From the human T2T-CHM13v2.0 reference genome, Homo sapiens: a stretch of 64,000 bases of DNA. Below, in pieces: positions 13,669 to 27,944 of this stretch (the stretch's first letter is position 1; each line of letters opens with the position of its first letter). A model generated the notes under the pieces. That model did no database searches and was not told where the DNA came from. It saw nothing but the letters and a program-made list of their open reading frames with translations. Location: the NCBI RefSeq assembly GCF_009914755.1, contig NC_060942.1. The stretch is one strand, 5' to 3'. The translations under genes and the position numbers were made by a program.

Positions 13669-14184
13669 TCAGGGCATAGGCACTAGAAATGAAAAGGAAG
13701 GAGTGGAAACAAAATATGTCACACAGAAGAAGAGTAGGACATGAGAACTGAATGCCTGAATGCATGATAGAGGCCAGGGAGGCGGGTGTCCATGAGGACC
13801 AAGATTTTGAGCCTGGATGCTTTAAAGGATGATGATGCCATTAAGAGAATTAAGGGACATTTGGTGGCAAAGGCTGTCTTTCAAAACTGTTCATCTTGAT
13901 GCTTATGCTGCTGACACACGGAGAAGACTCCAGAGAGGGAGCAAGGCCCACTGGTATGAGTCCCAGGCAGGAGCCCAGGCTGGGTTTTAATCTCAGTAGG
14001 ATCAAGGTTTGGCTGATATAAGTAACTCACTTAAGTTTCTGTTGGGTACAGTAGAACGTCTCCATTCAGCAACGTGCAAGCATCATTTTAAATAACTGAT
14101 TTCAAGTTTGCGTTCTGAGCACTATATCCAGGAAATGGGTCAGGGAAGAAAACCCACTCCTGAAGGAATGTGAATCTTTTGGGA

Positions 14185-14592
14185 AGCCTTTAGCTGCTGA
14201 ATCAGAAAACCCACTGCAAAATTAATGACTTAAACAATAATAATAATCTCACACAGTGAGCCATGCAGGGGTAGGTGAGGCTTGAGGCCTGGCCCATCAG
14301 GAGTTGGCTCTGCTTCCTCTTGGTCCTCTTGGCTCCATCCTGGGTGCTTCTGGGAATCACATCCGCACCACACCATCCAGCACAAGAAGCACCAATTCTG
14401 CCTGGGTTTCTCTTCGTGCTAATATGGAATTATTTACCAGAAGCCCCGCCTTCAGCTTCCTCTCAGGGCTCATTGGCCAGCAGGGAGGGGTCACGTGTTT
14501 ATTTCTGAACCAACCCCTAGTACGGTGAATCCCTACCCTTTGCTTTGACTGATGGAGATCCCCACTGAGCTCTGAGCGCCTGGGAAAAGCGC
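14185..14592. mobile_element. Old MaLR LTR (MLT1J/K/L-like)
   Basis: cagaaaaccc...gacttaaacaa ... ctcattggccag...ggtcacgtg...ctgaaccaa pattern. Confidence 0.6.
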
Positions 14593-15483
14593 ATGGGCAT
14601 TTCAGAACTTGAGCTCTGCGGTGGAGAAAAGAGGGGCAGGGCTGGGGAATCTCAGTTACTTCCAACAATTTTCCTAGTCACATTTAACATTTATTATGGT
14701 TGTTTTTCTGCATTAAAACTCAGTCCCATTCAAAAGTTCAAACTTCTCTGCATGAGTCAACTCTGGTGGAAGTGGGGACAGGATGTGGTCCCCTCCCTTC
14801 TCTTTCTCTCCTGCTATCTTGGTCCTTTCACCTGCCCTGTTGCCCAAGTGAATGGTTGTTAGGGGAGGTGGCCACAGGTTTGCAGTTCCATGTTTCACTG
14901 GCAGGCTGTGGGTGTCTCGGTGCCGCTGGTCAAATGCTGGCCCCCTCAAGCGACACTGCAGTTCTTCCAATGCTCAGTGGTGGAAAGGAGCACCAGGCAG
15001 CCACTGGTCCCAGGTGCGGCAGCTTTCAGAGAAGAACCCAGACTTGTGTAAGATGAGAATAACAGGCATGCTCCCCAAAGAAGGAGGGAGAGAAAGGGGG
15101 GGTATTTAGACTCTCCTAAACTTTGTTTTCCCCAAAAGAATGAGCCCCTCTGCCTCCTAGCCCTGTCTTACACCTTCCTGGTGGCAAAATGCTCACAAAT
15201 CAAAGCCACACTAGGGCATTGAAGGGGATTACGAGGATCTGGCTTCGGGAAAGGTTAAAGAGCTAAATAAAGAATGAGCTCTCCATTCTGCCCACTCCAT
15301 ACCAGTCAGTGACCCGCAGGAAGGGCTCTCAGCGGAAACTTCCCATCTCCATGGTACCAGGCCTTCTATTGCCCTACTGAATTCCTCACTTAGGATCAAG
15401 GGTGAAAATTAAGCAATGTACTTAGCAAGATAAGCATTCTTCACTCTTTCCCCTGATAATTGTGTTGCTCTTTTCCCATGCAG

Positions 15484-15647
15484 CTGTTGCAGGACACACC
15501 AGTGGCCTCCCCAAGGAGCGTGAAGGTGTGGCAAGATGCTTGCTCACCACTTCCCAAGACCCAGGCCAATCATGGAGCCCTCCAGTTTGGGGACATTCCC
15601 ACCAGCCACTTGCTATTCAAGCTTCCTCAGGAGCTGCTGAAACCCAG
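15484..15647 (+). CDS. LAMA3: LAMA3 coding exon (LG3-LG4 linker, start of LG4), 164 nt
   Basis: atgcag|CTG TTG CAG GAC ... CCC AG|gtatta; LLQDTPVASPRSVKVWQDACS...ELLKPR. Confidence 0.95.
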
Positions 15648-16334
15648 GTATTATTTAGCTTTCCTGCCCCAGCACCAGCTCAGAACCTGACTCTGCGATT
15701 CCACCTCAGGGAAGTCTGACTGCCATGACACCATGCAGCTCTCTCTAATGAAGGTGGCACTACCATTTTTGTGCAAAGAGGTGCTGGCCTGCACAGGACA
15801 GGGAGCGTGATTGCCTGCCATGTGCTTTCCCAACAGCTGGAGGCAAACGTGACGACAGTGTACTTCTCAGAGGCTGAAACAATCAGCTCAGGTCTGGTTT
15901 AGAATTGATGGTGTTCTAAAAATAAGGATGACCTTTTTTTTCTAAAGCTGCTGTTTATTTCCATGATAAATCACCTTTCTTTTCTTGTATTCTGTAGTGA
16001 AAGTAAAATCATTCTTTTTTGGTAGACGCAGTGCCAGATAGATCATTTTTAGAGAATACATTTGGCCTTTTTGCGCTAACAAGTTGCACCTCTTTTGGGG
16101 AGGCGGGAATGAGCAGAAATATTAATTATGTCAGAAAAAAATTAGAAAAACAAGATTTGTCATTTTCAGGTGATTTGAAGGAGCCATAGATAAAAAGGTA
16201 CTGACCTTTTCTTCACGGCTTTCCCACAGAGGCAGAATTGCCCGGGGGGCTAAAAGGAGCTGGCTCTAACATCTGGCTTTCAGTCCTGCTTCACCACTTA
16301 CTGGCTGGGTGACTCCAGACCATGTGCCAGGGCA

Positions 16335-16730
16335 GCCCCTCTGAGACACAGACACTAAGATGGGATTAGATGGGCAAGAGGTTCATTGTGGGGAAGCCTG
16401 TGAGAGATGACCAGAAGGGGACAGAGATGGGGGCAGGCAGGGAGAGCCCGCAGATGGCTGTGGGCCTGCAGATACTATGAGGGGAGGGCGCAGGGAGGAC
16501 AGAGCCGGGTAGGAAGGGCCTCGGGTCGCAGTCCACAGACTGTAACACAGTCTCAGCCAGGTGCCTGCAGTGCCCCCAAGCAGAGATCATCTCTGAGAAG
16601 AGCTCAGTGTTGGCTATAAATGGCCCGGCTCTAATACCCCCGAGTGTCACTGAAGACCTAGGGCATGGCAGCCCCACTGTGCTCCCTGCAGCAGCTTCTC
16701 TTGGAGCACGACTTCATGGCTGCCACATGC
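16335..16730 (-). mobile_element. ERVL-type LTR relic (LTR33/LTR16-like), nested in a MIR
   Basis: cagacactaagatgggattagatgggcaagaggttcattgtgggaagcctgtgagag. Confidence 0.45.
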
Positions 16731-17190
16731 CGTTTAACTTCTCTAAGCCTAAGCTGTCCCTCTATGCCTGTCTTGCGTGTTAGCAGATTGCTACCTCTCT
16801 CTGGACCTCAATTTTCCTGTTAGTTAAATGGGCTCGATGATGCTTTTCTTGCAGGGAGGAGAGGTCATAGCTTATAAGGAGGCTGGCCCTTGAAGCCCAC
16901 TCAGCAAGCTGTGAGCATGCATCACAGGCAGAGAGAGGTAAAGGTCAGAGAGAGATTGACTGCCAAGCTCTGAAGGAGAAAGCCTGTGTGGACAGCTCCA
17001 CGTCTCCAGCTGCCCCATGCAAAGTCTTGGGGTCCCTCATTTTCCAAAACTGTGCTAGTAGAAGCTAAGGCAGAAGGAGAGGAGATTGTCCCTCCAGTTG
17101 TCCCCTCCCTGGCTACTCCTTGGTGGGGAGGCCCCACTCCCCACCCCTGCTCTCTTGGTCAAGCTGACCTTAATGACAATGACCTCCCTC

Positions 17191-17496
17191 TTTCTTTTCT
17201 TTTTTTTTTTTTTTTGAGACAGAATATCACTCTGTCACCCAGGCTGGAGTACAGTGGTGCGACTTGGCTCACTGCAACTTCCACCTCCTGGGTTCACACT
17301 ATTCTCCTGCCTCAGCCTCCTGAGTAGCTGGGACTATAGGCACCCGCCACCACGCCCGGCTAATTTTTTTGTATTTTTATTAGAGATGGGGTTTCACTAT
17401 GTTGGTCAGGCTGGTCTCGAACTCCTGACCTCGTGATCCGCCCACCTCGGCCTCCCAAAGTGCTGGGATTACAGGCGTGAGCCACCGCGCCCGGCC
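17191..17496 (-). mobile_element. Alu (AluSc/Y-like)
   Basis: ctgacctcgtgatccgcccacctcggcc. Confidence 0.92.
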
Positions 17497-18824
17497 AACC
17501 TCTCTCTTTCAAGAAACTGCCTGGAGGCCCCTTTCCCCAGCCTCCCGCCTCTGGCCTCCCCCTTGTGGCCTCTCCATCAGCTTGGCCCCCCCCCCCCCCG
17601 CCCGGCAGCTTCTCTCTCAACACATTCAGTGCAGTGAGTTACCAACTTCTAACGATTCAACCCCTGTGCCTTCCCGTCCAACATTAAACCGTACATCATT
17701 AATGAAAAAGTAACATTTTAAAAGGTAAAATTTTTTAAAAAGTCAAACAGTAAATATAATTTTCAACTTATATTTTAGCCCCAAATGTTGTAGCAATCAG
17801 TTATTTTCAGAAAGTTGTAAGAGTTGGAGGATTCTGTTGTTCTCATTCTGATTTACATTCTAGCAGTGTTCTGACACTCCTTTAAACTGGTGCCATTGCT
17901 TTACCCCTTTGGTGAATGTATAAAAATGCTCTTTAGCTCTCTGCCCTACCCTCCCATCCTCCAGCAATGAAGAGTCATAGCTACAGTATCATGTACTGGG
18001 ATCTGAATCCACTGCTGCCTTTTTTTGGGTGTTAGTCAGTTAGTCTTTTATGAAAGAAAGTTGCTTTAGGAAACAGTTCTGGAAAGCAAATGTCAAATCT
18101 GATCACCAGGCCCACATATGGAAAGTACATTCTATTCTGCAGCACGTTCTAATATCCTCCTTAACTTGGCTACCCCTCATTCTCCAAACCTCCGCACTAA
18201 CACACAGACACACCAAGAGAAATATTGAGCAGTGTTACCATCTGGTTGGCTTAATTTAACAAATATAGATTTCTCTTTCGTTTTGAAGAACATTGCCCTC
18301 AAGGAAACTTGCTAATCTGAAGAATAAATGTGCATCTTAGCCTCACAGAATTAAAAAGCAAAGAGAATTAACAGTATAATTTGTTTCTTCCACTTCTGGT
18401 TTCTGCCTCCAAATTTCCCATTTACCATTTAATTCAATTCAGTAACTATTTATCGAGTGCCTACTGCGTAATAGGCACTGGGGATGCCGCTGTGAGTGGG
18501 ATGAACCCATGCCTCCTATCTGGTGTCTGCTTAAGACGTTAGCCACAGGAATGGCTGAGGACAGCCTGTTGACATCTGCATCTCCCACGACCCTTTCACG
18601 CACACCTTTATGCATCCCTCTCAGGGCACCCCTGCACCATAAACCACTCAAGGAAGGAAACATCCATCGTTGCATTCCTACTGTCCAGCACTGCACCTTA
18701 TGCATCTTCCACACTCATTAAATACTTGTTTGATGGGTGGATGGATGGATGAGTGTGAGTTTTCATAAAAAGTAAAGCTTGCTTAGCTGGATGTGCATAG
18801 AACATGTAACCATCATGCAAATGA

Positions 18825-19157
<333 letters not shown>

Positions 19158-19429
19158 ACACTCTGCTTTTACTGTATGATATTTGCCTCATTCTTCTTCC
19201 TTCACAGGGAGGGTATTAGGGTCTAAGAAATGTAGAGATGGGTGGGAGAAGGTGGGTCTGTGCTTCCGTGTCTTTGGTTAAATCTGTCTAACAGAAAGGA
19301 AAGGCTTCTTTGATGCTTAAATCACATCCTTGTTATTCAAGTTGTCCCCTACTTCTCCTACGACTTCCCTCTCCACGAATACATACAAAACAGAATGCAT
19401 ATTCATTGAGTTTGAAAAGTACAGGCTTC

Positions 19430-19730
19430 TCAGTGAAATAAGCCAGTCACAAAAGGACAAGTCCCCTACAATTCCACTTACATGAGGTATCTCAAGTAGT
19501 CGTGTTCATCGAGAGAGAAAGTAGAGTGGTGGTTTGTTGTCAGGGGCTGTGGGAAGCGAGACTAGGGAGCTCTTGTTTCATGGGTACAAGTTTCAGTTTT
19601 GCAAGATGAAAAGAGTTCTCGAGATTGATTGTACAACAATCTGAATGTACTTAACAGTACTGAACTATACACTTAAAAATGGTTAAGATGGCACATTTTA
19701 GGTTAGCGTATTTTACCCTAACTTTTTAAA
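19430..19730 (+). mobile_element. L1MB-like 3' end
   Basis: agtgaaataagccagtcacaaaaggaca...cacttaaaaatggttaagatgg. Confidence 0.85.
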
Positions 19731-20049
19731 ACATGGACTTTTTATAAAAGATTCAGACATGTTTCTTCTTGCCATGTGCTGGGACTTACACCACTAGCTA
19801 AGTTTGCCACAAAAGTTCCATGTTATTCCCCAATGTAGTAAGGAAATTATACAACAAAACCATTAACAGCTGGAATAGAATAGCTTTTTAAAGTTTCCAG
19901 AGAAACGGGTCATTTAATCAGTACCTACGTTAGCTTATCCATTTGAAAAATGGGGGTTGGGTGTTTGCTCCCCACCCTCTGTCTCAGTGCTGAGATTCGA
20001 AGGAACGCTGAACACCTCTATTTCCCTTCATCGCCGATGTTCCCAACAG

Positions 20050-20233
20050 GTCACAGTTTGCTGTGGACATGCAGACAACATCCTCCAGAGGACTGGTGTT
20101 TCACACGGGCACTAAGAACTCCTTTATGGCTCTTTATCTTTCAAAAGGACGTCTGGTCTTTGCACTGGGGACAGATGGGAAAAAATTGAGGATCAAAAGC
20201 AAGGAGAAATGCAATGATGGGAAATGGCACACG
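20050..20233 (+). CDS. LAMA3: LAMA3 coding exon (LG4; includes heparin/syndecan-binding KNSFMALYLSKG), 184 nt
   Basis: caacag|G TCA CAG TTT ... CAC ACG|gtaaga. Confidence 0.95.
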
Positions 20234-21107
20234 GTAAGAGCTGGGGCTGTGTCAGTATCTCCAGTTGGTGTGGAATTCACTGTTGGAGTCGCTGAAAATA
20301 GGAGTCCCAGCATCCTTCCCAGACATGAGGGCGTGGAGTGGGAGAGCTTGTGTGCTTGCAGGCGCTGCGTTCCCAGCATCTCAGTACTGGAGGCCGCGGC
20401 ACACACATTGCATGGCTGTCATCCTAGACAGTAAAGTCAAGATGGGCTTTACTGATGCTTCTTCCATCCCCTCCAGCCCTCCCCCAGGCTGCCTCATGCC
20501 CCTTGCCTACTCTAACTCCTTCATCCTGGACCATTTCTTCCCCTTATGGCCAATTTCCAGGCCTCCAGGCCCCTCTCTGGACCTGGAATGACCCTAGCAT
20601 CTTGGCTCTTGCTTAAAGCCATTCCAGATTTCAAGAAATACCATTTAAGGCAATAAGGGACCTATTTATTTCTCTAATGAGGCAACTGGACTTCAGAAAA
20701 TGTAAGTGACTTGACAAGTTGCATTCCCTTAGTCATTCAGCTGCCTTCCTGGAACACATAAGCAAACAATCCTCAATGTAATGTCAGAGATTGGTAAGTG
20801 CTTTGAGAAAACACTAGAGCAAGGTAAGAAAATGACAGAGCAGGGAGACTATTTTAAATAAGGCAGTAGAGAAAGCCCTGGTACAGCAGGTGGTAGTCAC
20901 ATGAAGTTATGGGGAGGGGGTTCCAGGAAGAGGGAAAAGCAAATAACAAGGACCTGGAGGTGGGAATTAGCTGAATGAACAAAACACAAAGCAATAAGAA
21001 ATGGAATTAGAGAGGAAGACAGAGCCCAGATCATTTAAGCTTTGAAGGCCAAGCTCCGACTTTGGACTTTATTTGAAAGTGTCTGTAAAGCTTTTAAAGA
21101 GTCTTAA

Positions 21108-21436
<329 letters not shown>

Positions 21437-22405
21437 TCATATATTATTTAATTCTTTAGCTGAAGAGACTGCCAGGGGGCAAGAGTAGCAGCAGGGGGCC
21501 CACATGGCTGCTATTGCCTTTGCTTGCGGAGGCTGTGGGGAGGTCGGGAGAAGTGACCGCCAGGACGCATGCTGAAGGTAGAACCACGCGGCCTTGCTGA
21601 TGGATCACATATAGAGGGTGAGAGGAAGAGAGGGTCCAGATCACATCCTGTGATTTGGGGCCAGCAATTGAGTCATTAGTGGGCATTTACTGAGATGAAG
21701 ATGGAGAAGAGGCAGATGTGGCCAGGAGGAGAGCAGTTCAGAGCTGGGGGAGAATGAGGATTTCTGTCGTGAACATCTCAGGGTTGAGTGGCCTGTCAGA
21801 CCTTCAAGCCCAGGTGTCAGCAGGCAGTAGAGGCCAAAGGTCACAGCTTGGCATATAAATGGAAGTGTCCGTAGTGAATAGTCTCACCACACCTATGAGA
21901 TGGCAGAATCCACACCAGACCCCAGGGATCAGAAATTTTAGCAAAGAGTTTAAACACTCCTCTTGTTTGAAGAGAAGTGCCCTCGTTCTACCTGCTCCAA
22001 GAGGCCAGCCCAGGGTGCCACGACTCCAACACACCCCCGTCCCCAGCACTGTATAAACTGTCCCTGCCCCTTTGTTACATGGAGGGGGTTGCCTGTGGCT
22101 GTGCCTTGAACTGTTTCTCTTTTGTGTAAGTTTCCAGATGAATTCTATAATCTCTTTTGATTAGTTCACTTCTAAGCAACCTTTTTTTTTCAGTTCCCCT
22201 TTTGAGCTCAGTTTGTTCAGTATTTCACATAATCTCACAAAACGATGGTGATAGTGATAACCGGAGGAAAAAATCTCTCATCTTTTGAAGCTATTTGAAG
22301 GAGCATGAAAACATTTTTTTTTAATTTGGCCACTAATATTTAATAAAATACAACACCAATTGTCAAAGGTAAAAATACAACTCACGTATCTTTCTTACTC
22401 TGAAG

Positions 22406-22546
22406 GTGGTGTTTGGCCATGATGGGGAAAAGGGGCGCTTGGTTGTGGATGGACTGAGGGCCCGGGAGGGAAGTTTGCCTGGAAACTCCACCATCAGCAT
22501 CAGAGCGCCAGTTTACCTGGGATCACCTCCATCAGGGAAACCAAAG
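22406..22546 (+). CDS. LAMA3: LAMA3 coding exon (LG4), 141 nt
   Basis: ctgaag|GTG GTG TTT ... CCA AAG|gtaaat; VVFGHDGEKGRLVVDG...PSGKPK. Confidence 0.95.
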
Positions 22547-24015
22547 GTAAATAGTTATGTTCAGAGCCATGGACAGAAACAATTCACCTTATATTATAGG
22601 CATAATTGTATGAGATATTCAAAATACTCACCATATGAGAATCTCAAAATACTTTAAATGATTTTTAAGGATCTAATTAATGTTCACAACCACATAGAGT
22701 AAGTGCCCATTTCTTAACCCAAAGCCTTCATTTCTAAGGTGCAGGTTGAGACGCAGGCCCTGAAAGGGTGAAGATAGAGCTTCTCTGCCACTTCCTAAAC
22801 CTGAATCTATTGGCTTCTCCTCCAGGGAATGCAAAAACGTAGGTTTTAGGTTATAGACAGAGATTTTTTGGTTAACATAATGTGTTTCAAATTACAGTAA
22901 TTTGTGCCATTTTCACCATCTTTGCCATAAGGTAAAACATTGGCTTAACTGTTTTCTCTCCATCAAACTATTTATTTTAAATGTGCTTCTATGGGATCTT
23001 TTTATCTCTCCCATAAATGGAAACCCAATATTCTTTACCATAAATAATAGATAACCCTGAGAAATAAACATTTGAAAACCAAACACTGTTAATATCAAAC
23101 TAAGTAGTGTGACCTATGTGTTCTTTGCTTGGAGAAAAAGGTGCTTAACACGTAATCAAGAGGGTGTTTAAGACATACTAGCACAAAGCCAAAAGCTGTT
23201 CCTTGTCCTCGTCCAAACGCTAGAAAGAGAATTGAAAAAGGAATAACTTAATAATGGAATATGTGTTTTAATGTTATTTGATGTCTGAAATAACAAAATT
23301 ATCTCAAAAACCCATCTTGGGAATGCCAGACGAAGGGAAAGTTGGGACTCCCTCTGTCCCCAGAGAGGAGGGGTGCTTTTCTAGGTTTGTCAAGTTCAAG
23401 GCTCTGATGGGGCGCTCTGATGGGGCCACAGCTCCAGGGCTGAGCTCTGTGAGTGCCCTCTCCCTTCCTCTCTCCTACCCCCTGCCACAGCGTTAATTGC
23501 ACCAGGGTTACTTGAGGCAGCCTTGGGCACCTGTCTTTCTTGTCTCAGATTTGCCTTTCCCCCCACCCCACAAAGTTAAGTAAGATGAGCCTATCAACAG
23601 CTCAGGTCTAGGGACTGTCCTCCGCCTTAATGCAATTTTTGCCCTTTTCCTCCAGACCCAGTGGCACATTTTGGTGTGATGTTTGCTTGCAGTGGGAAAA
23701 AAAGAGCCCCGGGCTCAAATCTGGGCCTAGAAATGGGCATAATGAAAGCAGGTCTCTCCACCAGCTTGGATGCTAGCTGCTTAGGCTGCCCTAGCCTTGA
23801 CCAGGGCTCAGCCTGGCCCTCTTGGGTTTTGCACTGGGGTTTGGGCCAGAGCTCCAGTGTTATACAATAAAGTATATTTATTATACCCCAGCAGGCAACA
23901 GAGTATTACTTTGCTTTGCTATATGCAGTAACTTATATATATTTCATAAAAATACATACCATATTATCCATTATTTATAATACACATTATATATATAATA
24001 TACACCACACATTAA

Positions 24016-24372
<357 letters not shown>

Positions 24373-24820
24373 CCTATTTTCAACTCAGAGAAATCACAGG
24401 ATGGGGCAGGATTTGGGTATTCTTTGGCTTTGGATAAATTCTCTTCAAACCACCTTAATCACACCCAGCATCTAACATCTGGGCCAAATAGTAGCACCCC
24501 ATTTACAATACTCTTTACAGACCAAGTTTCTTTTTGCAGCCTTCTTTCAACCTGAGGGTATAAACCATCTCATGGGCCCTCCCACATATCCTTTTCAGGA
24601 GCAGGCCACATCCGATCAGTGTCTGCCTCTGAACACCAGCACTGCAGTCAGCCCTTAGGGATCAATGCTGGGTTCTGGCCCATCCTGGGGAGTCCTAGCT
24701 TTAGGACACAGCTTTTTCATTGTGTAGCATGACAAATCTTAAGAAACTAAAAGTTTCATAGGGAATCCAATCAGTAGTTTACTGTTGATGCTGGCACCAT
24801 GTGCATTTATCACATCAACA

Positions 24821-25129
24821 TTTTCTCTTTCTTTCTTTTTTTTTTTTTGAGTTGGAGTCTTGCTCTGTCACCCAGGCTGGAGTGCAGTAGTACGATCTCG
24901 GCTCACTGCAACCTCCGCCTCCTGAGTTCAAACGATTCTCCTGCCTCAGTCTCCTGCATAGCTGGGACTACAGGCACCTGCCACCACACCTGGCTAATTT
25001 TTGTATTTTTAGTAGAGACGGGGTTTCACCATGTTGGCCAGGCTGGCCTCAAACTCCTGACCTCAGGTGATCCAGCAGCCTCAGCCTCCCAAAGTGCTGG
25101 GATTACAGGTGTGAGCCACTGTGCCTGGC
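24821..25129 (-). mobile_element. AluSx-like
   Basis: Full dimer. Confidence 0.92.
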
Positions 25130-26025
25130 CACCATTTTCTTTTAAAGTTACCATATCTTTATTACCATGTCTGACTTGTAGGATTCCAGAGTCCTAAAGG
25201 CATTCATTCTAGAAGGGAGTTCAAGAGTTTTATTCGGTGAATCTCAAACTTTCTTGAGAATTTTATGAAATTTACAGTCCTCCCCAGGAAAATGCACACG
25301 CAGAACACACCTGGTGTATAATATAGGAGAGCACAGAACCCCACAAGCCTGTTCCTGGGCCCCAGGAGAGGAGTCCCCTGTTCCAGCCGGCTCTAGGCAG
25401 GCATGGGGCTCCACGCAAGCCCACTGTCAATGCACACTGTGTCTTATTTTAACTCTGCAGCATTCGTGACTTGGTGGTGGTGCACTGAGCCCAACAATGT
25501 AGGCAGATTTTTTTGCATTTTATTATTTTGGGAACATTTTGGCCTCTTTATTTTTGTCAGCTGCCCTGCAGTAAGCTAACACACTGCCTCGTGGAACTCT
25601 AAGAAGTGGTTTGTATCTGCAAAGAGACGGTGAAATCTGTGAACTGTAAGGTGGAAATTTCCCTTGTTGCTGCTCCATCTGTGAGGACCAGGGTCAGGTC
25701 AACCTTCCCTGTTCTTATTCTAGCACAAGCTAGCAACCTGCACTAGCCCGCCCTCCTGCACACACCACTTTTTTTGGTGGCACCTGCAATCTTCGACCAC
25801 CCACCCAACATCTGGTATACAGGTTTTTCTTGGCACTCTGGGCAGAGAGCCAAATAGAACAGCTATTAGAACCTGAGTTTGAAGAACCTGACTTGGAAGC
25901 AGGAAGAATGAATCCCTACCTACCTTCCCCCTTTTGCTGACAAGCTGCAGTGCCCTTCGCCTTGGCTACCCATGCCTTTCTTGGAGGTGTAGGTAATGAG
26001 CTTTTTCTTTTCTGCTTGGTTGCAG

Positions 26026-26185
26026 AGCCTCCCCACAAACAGCTTTGTGGGATGCCTGAAGAACTTTCAGCTGGATTCAAAACCCTTGTATACCCCTTCT
26101 TCAAGCTTCGGGGTGTCTTCCTGCTTGGGTGGTCCTTTGGAGAAAGGCATTTATTTCTCTGAAGAAGGAGGTCATGTCGTCTTGG
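26026..26185 (+). CDS. LAMA3: LAMA3 coding exon (LG4/LG5 boundary), 160 nt
   Basis: ttgcag|AGC CTC CCC ... TTG G|gtaagg; SLPTNSFVGCLKNFQLD...EEGGHVVL. Confidence 0.95.
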
Positions 26186-26289
26186 GTAAGGAGCAGTTCT
26201 ATAGAATTTAAGTCTTTGCATCTTAAGAACTGTATCCTGTTTTCTTTCATGGTGATGCTTTAACTTTTGCTTTGTTTCTCTTTTGAAAG

Positions 26290-26420
26290 CTCACTCTGTA
26301 TTGTTGGGGCCAGAATTTAAGCTTGTTTTCAGCATCCGCCCAAGAAGTCTCACTGGGATCCTAATACACATCGGAAGTCAGCCCGGGAAGCACTTATGTG
26401 TTTACCTGGAGGCAGGAAAG
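26290..26420 (+). CDS. LAMA3: LAMA3 coding exon (LG5), 131 nt; preceded by a 104 nt intron
   Basis: tgaaag|CT CAC TCT ... GGA AAG|gtgtgt; AHSVLLGPEFKLVFSIRPRSLTGILIHIG...LEAGK. Confidence 0.95.
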
Positions 26421-27944
26421 GTGTGTAGCAGTCTGATGCCATGGGGAGGGTCTGTAGAAACCAGCTTCAATGTCTGGAGGCCACAGCGGGTCAGGTTTGT
26501 AGTAGAGAATGGGATCCAATCTTGTATTTAAGAGCCTTGACTTCAGTGCTAACTTACCATTTTCCTTTAGCAAGTAATTTTATCATCATGTTTTCTGTTC
26601 TTAATTTTTAAAACTGGGAAAACTCAAACAAGTCGGGCTGAATTGCAGGTCCAGCACTTGGTTATATGGTCCTAAGGATGTTACTCAAGCTCTTTCAGAC
26701 TTATCTGTAAAATGTAGATAATAACTCTTATAACTTAAGGCTTTTGTCAAGATTATAGAAATCGCCATATACTCAATTCTTACAGATTCTTTCTTCATCT
26801 CTGCAGCCTCATTTTTCCATCACTCACAGGCCTGAGTCAACATCTTATTTTCCACCACCCAGTTATATCTCTTTCCTTCTCAAAGATGTCTCTTTAAAAC
26901 CAGATTCTTCTAGGAAGACCCTTAGTTGAGGCCTCGAGTGAAAGATTGATATAATATGCCATTTTCTTTCATCTCCGTCCTTCCACAGTTTACTAAATGT
27001 GAGGGGAAAAGAATCCCAGAAGAAAATAAAATGCCCAAAATTCCTAGAATACTTTCTATTGTAGTCTTTAATTAAGTCTGAGTAGGTCTCTGGTAGCCCA
27101 GAAAAGCAAGTAACTATCCACTTGCAAGGTGGTTGAGACAATTCTGGTTTTTCAGAGGAGGAGCTGGAGAGAGTCTCTACTGAGAGTCTCTGGGAGGGAA
27201 TTATTCTCAGGAAAACAAATCAAGACCCGATGACCTTCATAATAGCAGTGACATTGTTTAGCTCAAAAATTGCCTGTGAATAGGCTGTCCCATCTAGCTA
27301 CATGCAAATTAAATGTAAATTATTTATAAACACACTTATTTTAGTCCTCTCATTTCATTCCCCTTGATTCAACTCTTGGAAGATCCTGGAGGAGACCCTG
27401 ATTTAGAAAGCAGGAATGTGGGATTCTGCACAAAACAGACTGCGTGCCTGGCTCCCGATGCGTGCCCAGAGCAAACTCAATCATTTTGCTTGTTTAAAGT
27501 CTTGCCATGCATGGAACTATTACAGTTGGCTGGCCCTTGCAGCAGGCTGTAGGCCTCCACCAGTAGCTTTGCCTTCCACATCTCACATATCCTTCCATAC
27601 AGAGCCACTGTCACGCATTAATTGCTAAGGAGGATTCCAATCAGTAACCTTTGAGTTGAGCTGATGGGGGCGGGGTTTGGATTAGAAGGGAACAACTCAT
27701 TGCCATTGGCAACGACTTCAGGCCAGGGTCCACCCTGGTTTATAGTTGCCTGGAAGGGATGCAGCAGAGAGATCTCTGGAAGCATTGGACCCCATGTGGT
27801 CAAATGCTTCAAAAGCGGAGGAGGGCCAATATCTAATGTGCCCTTAAGCTGTCAGTTGGCCCGGTTTGGGGAGGGAAGATGGCAGGGGAAGGTCGGCTCC
27901 ACCTGCCTTCCTGAAGGAAATAGGAAAATGCATGTGTGTTCCAG

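Noticed and set aside
20063-20434. ORF extensions past LAMA3 exons as alternative C-termini
   Set aside because: These are read-through into intron beyond strong GT donors, with no LamG-like continuation.
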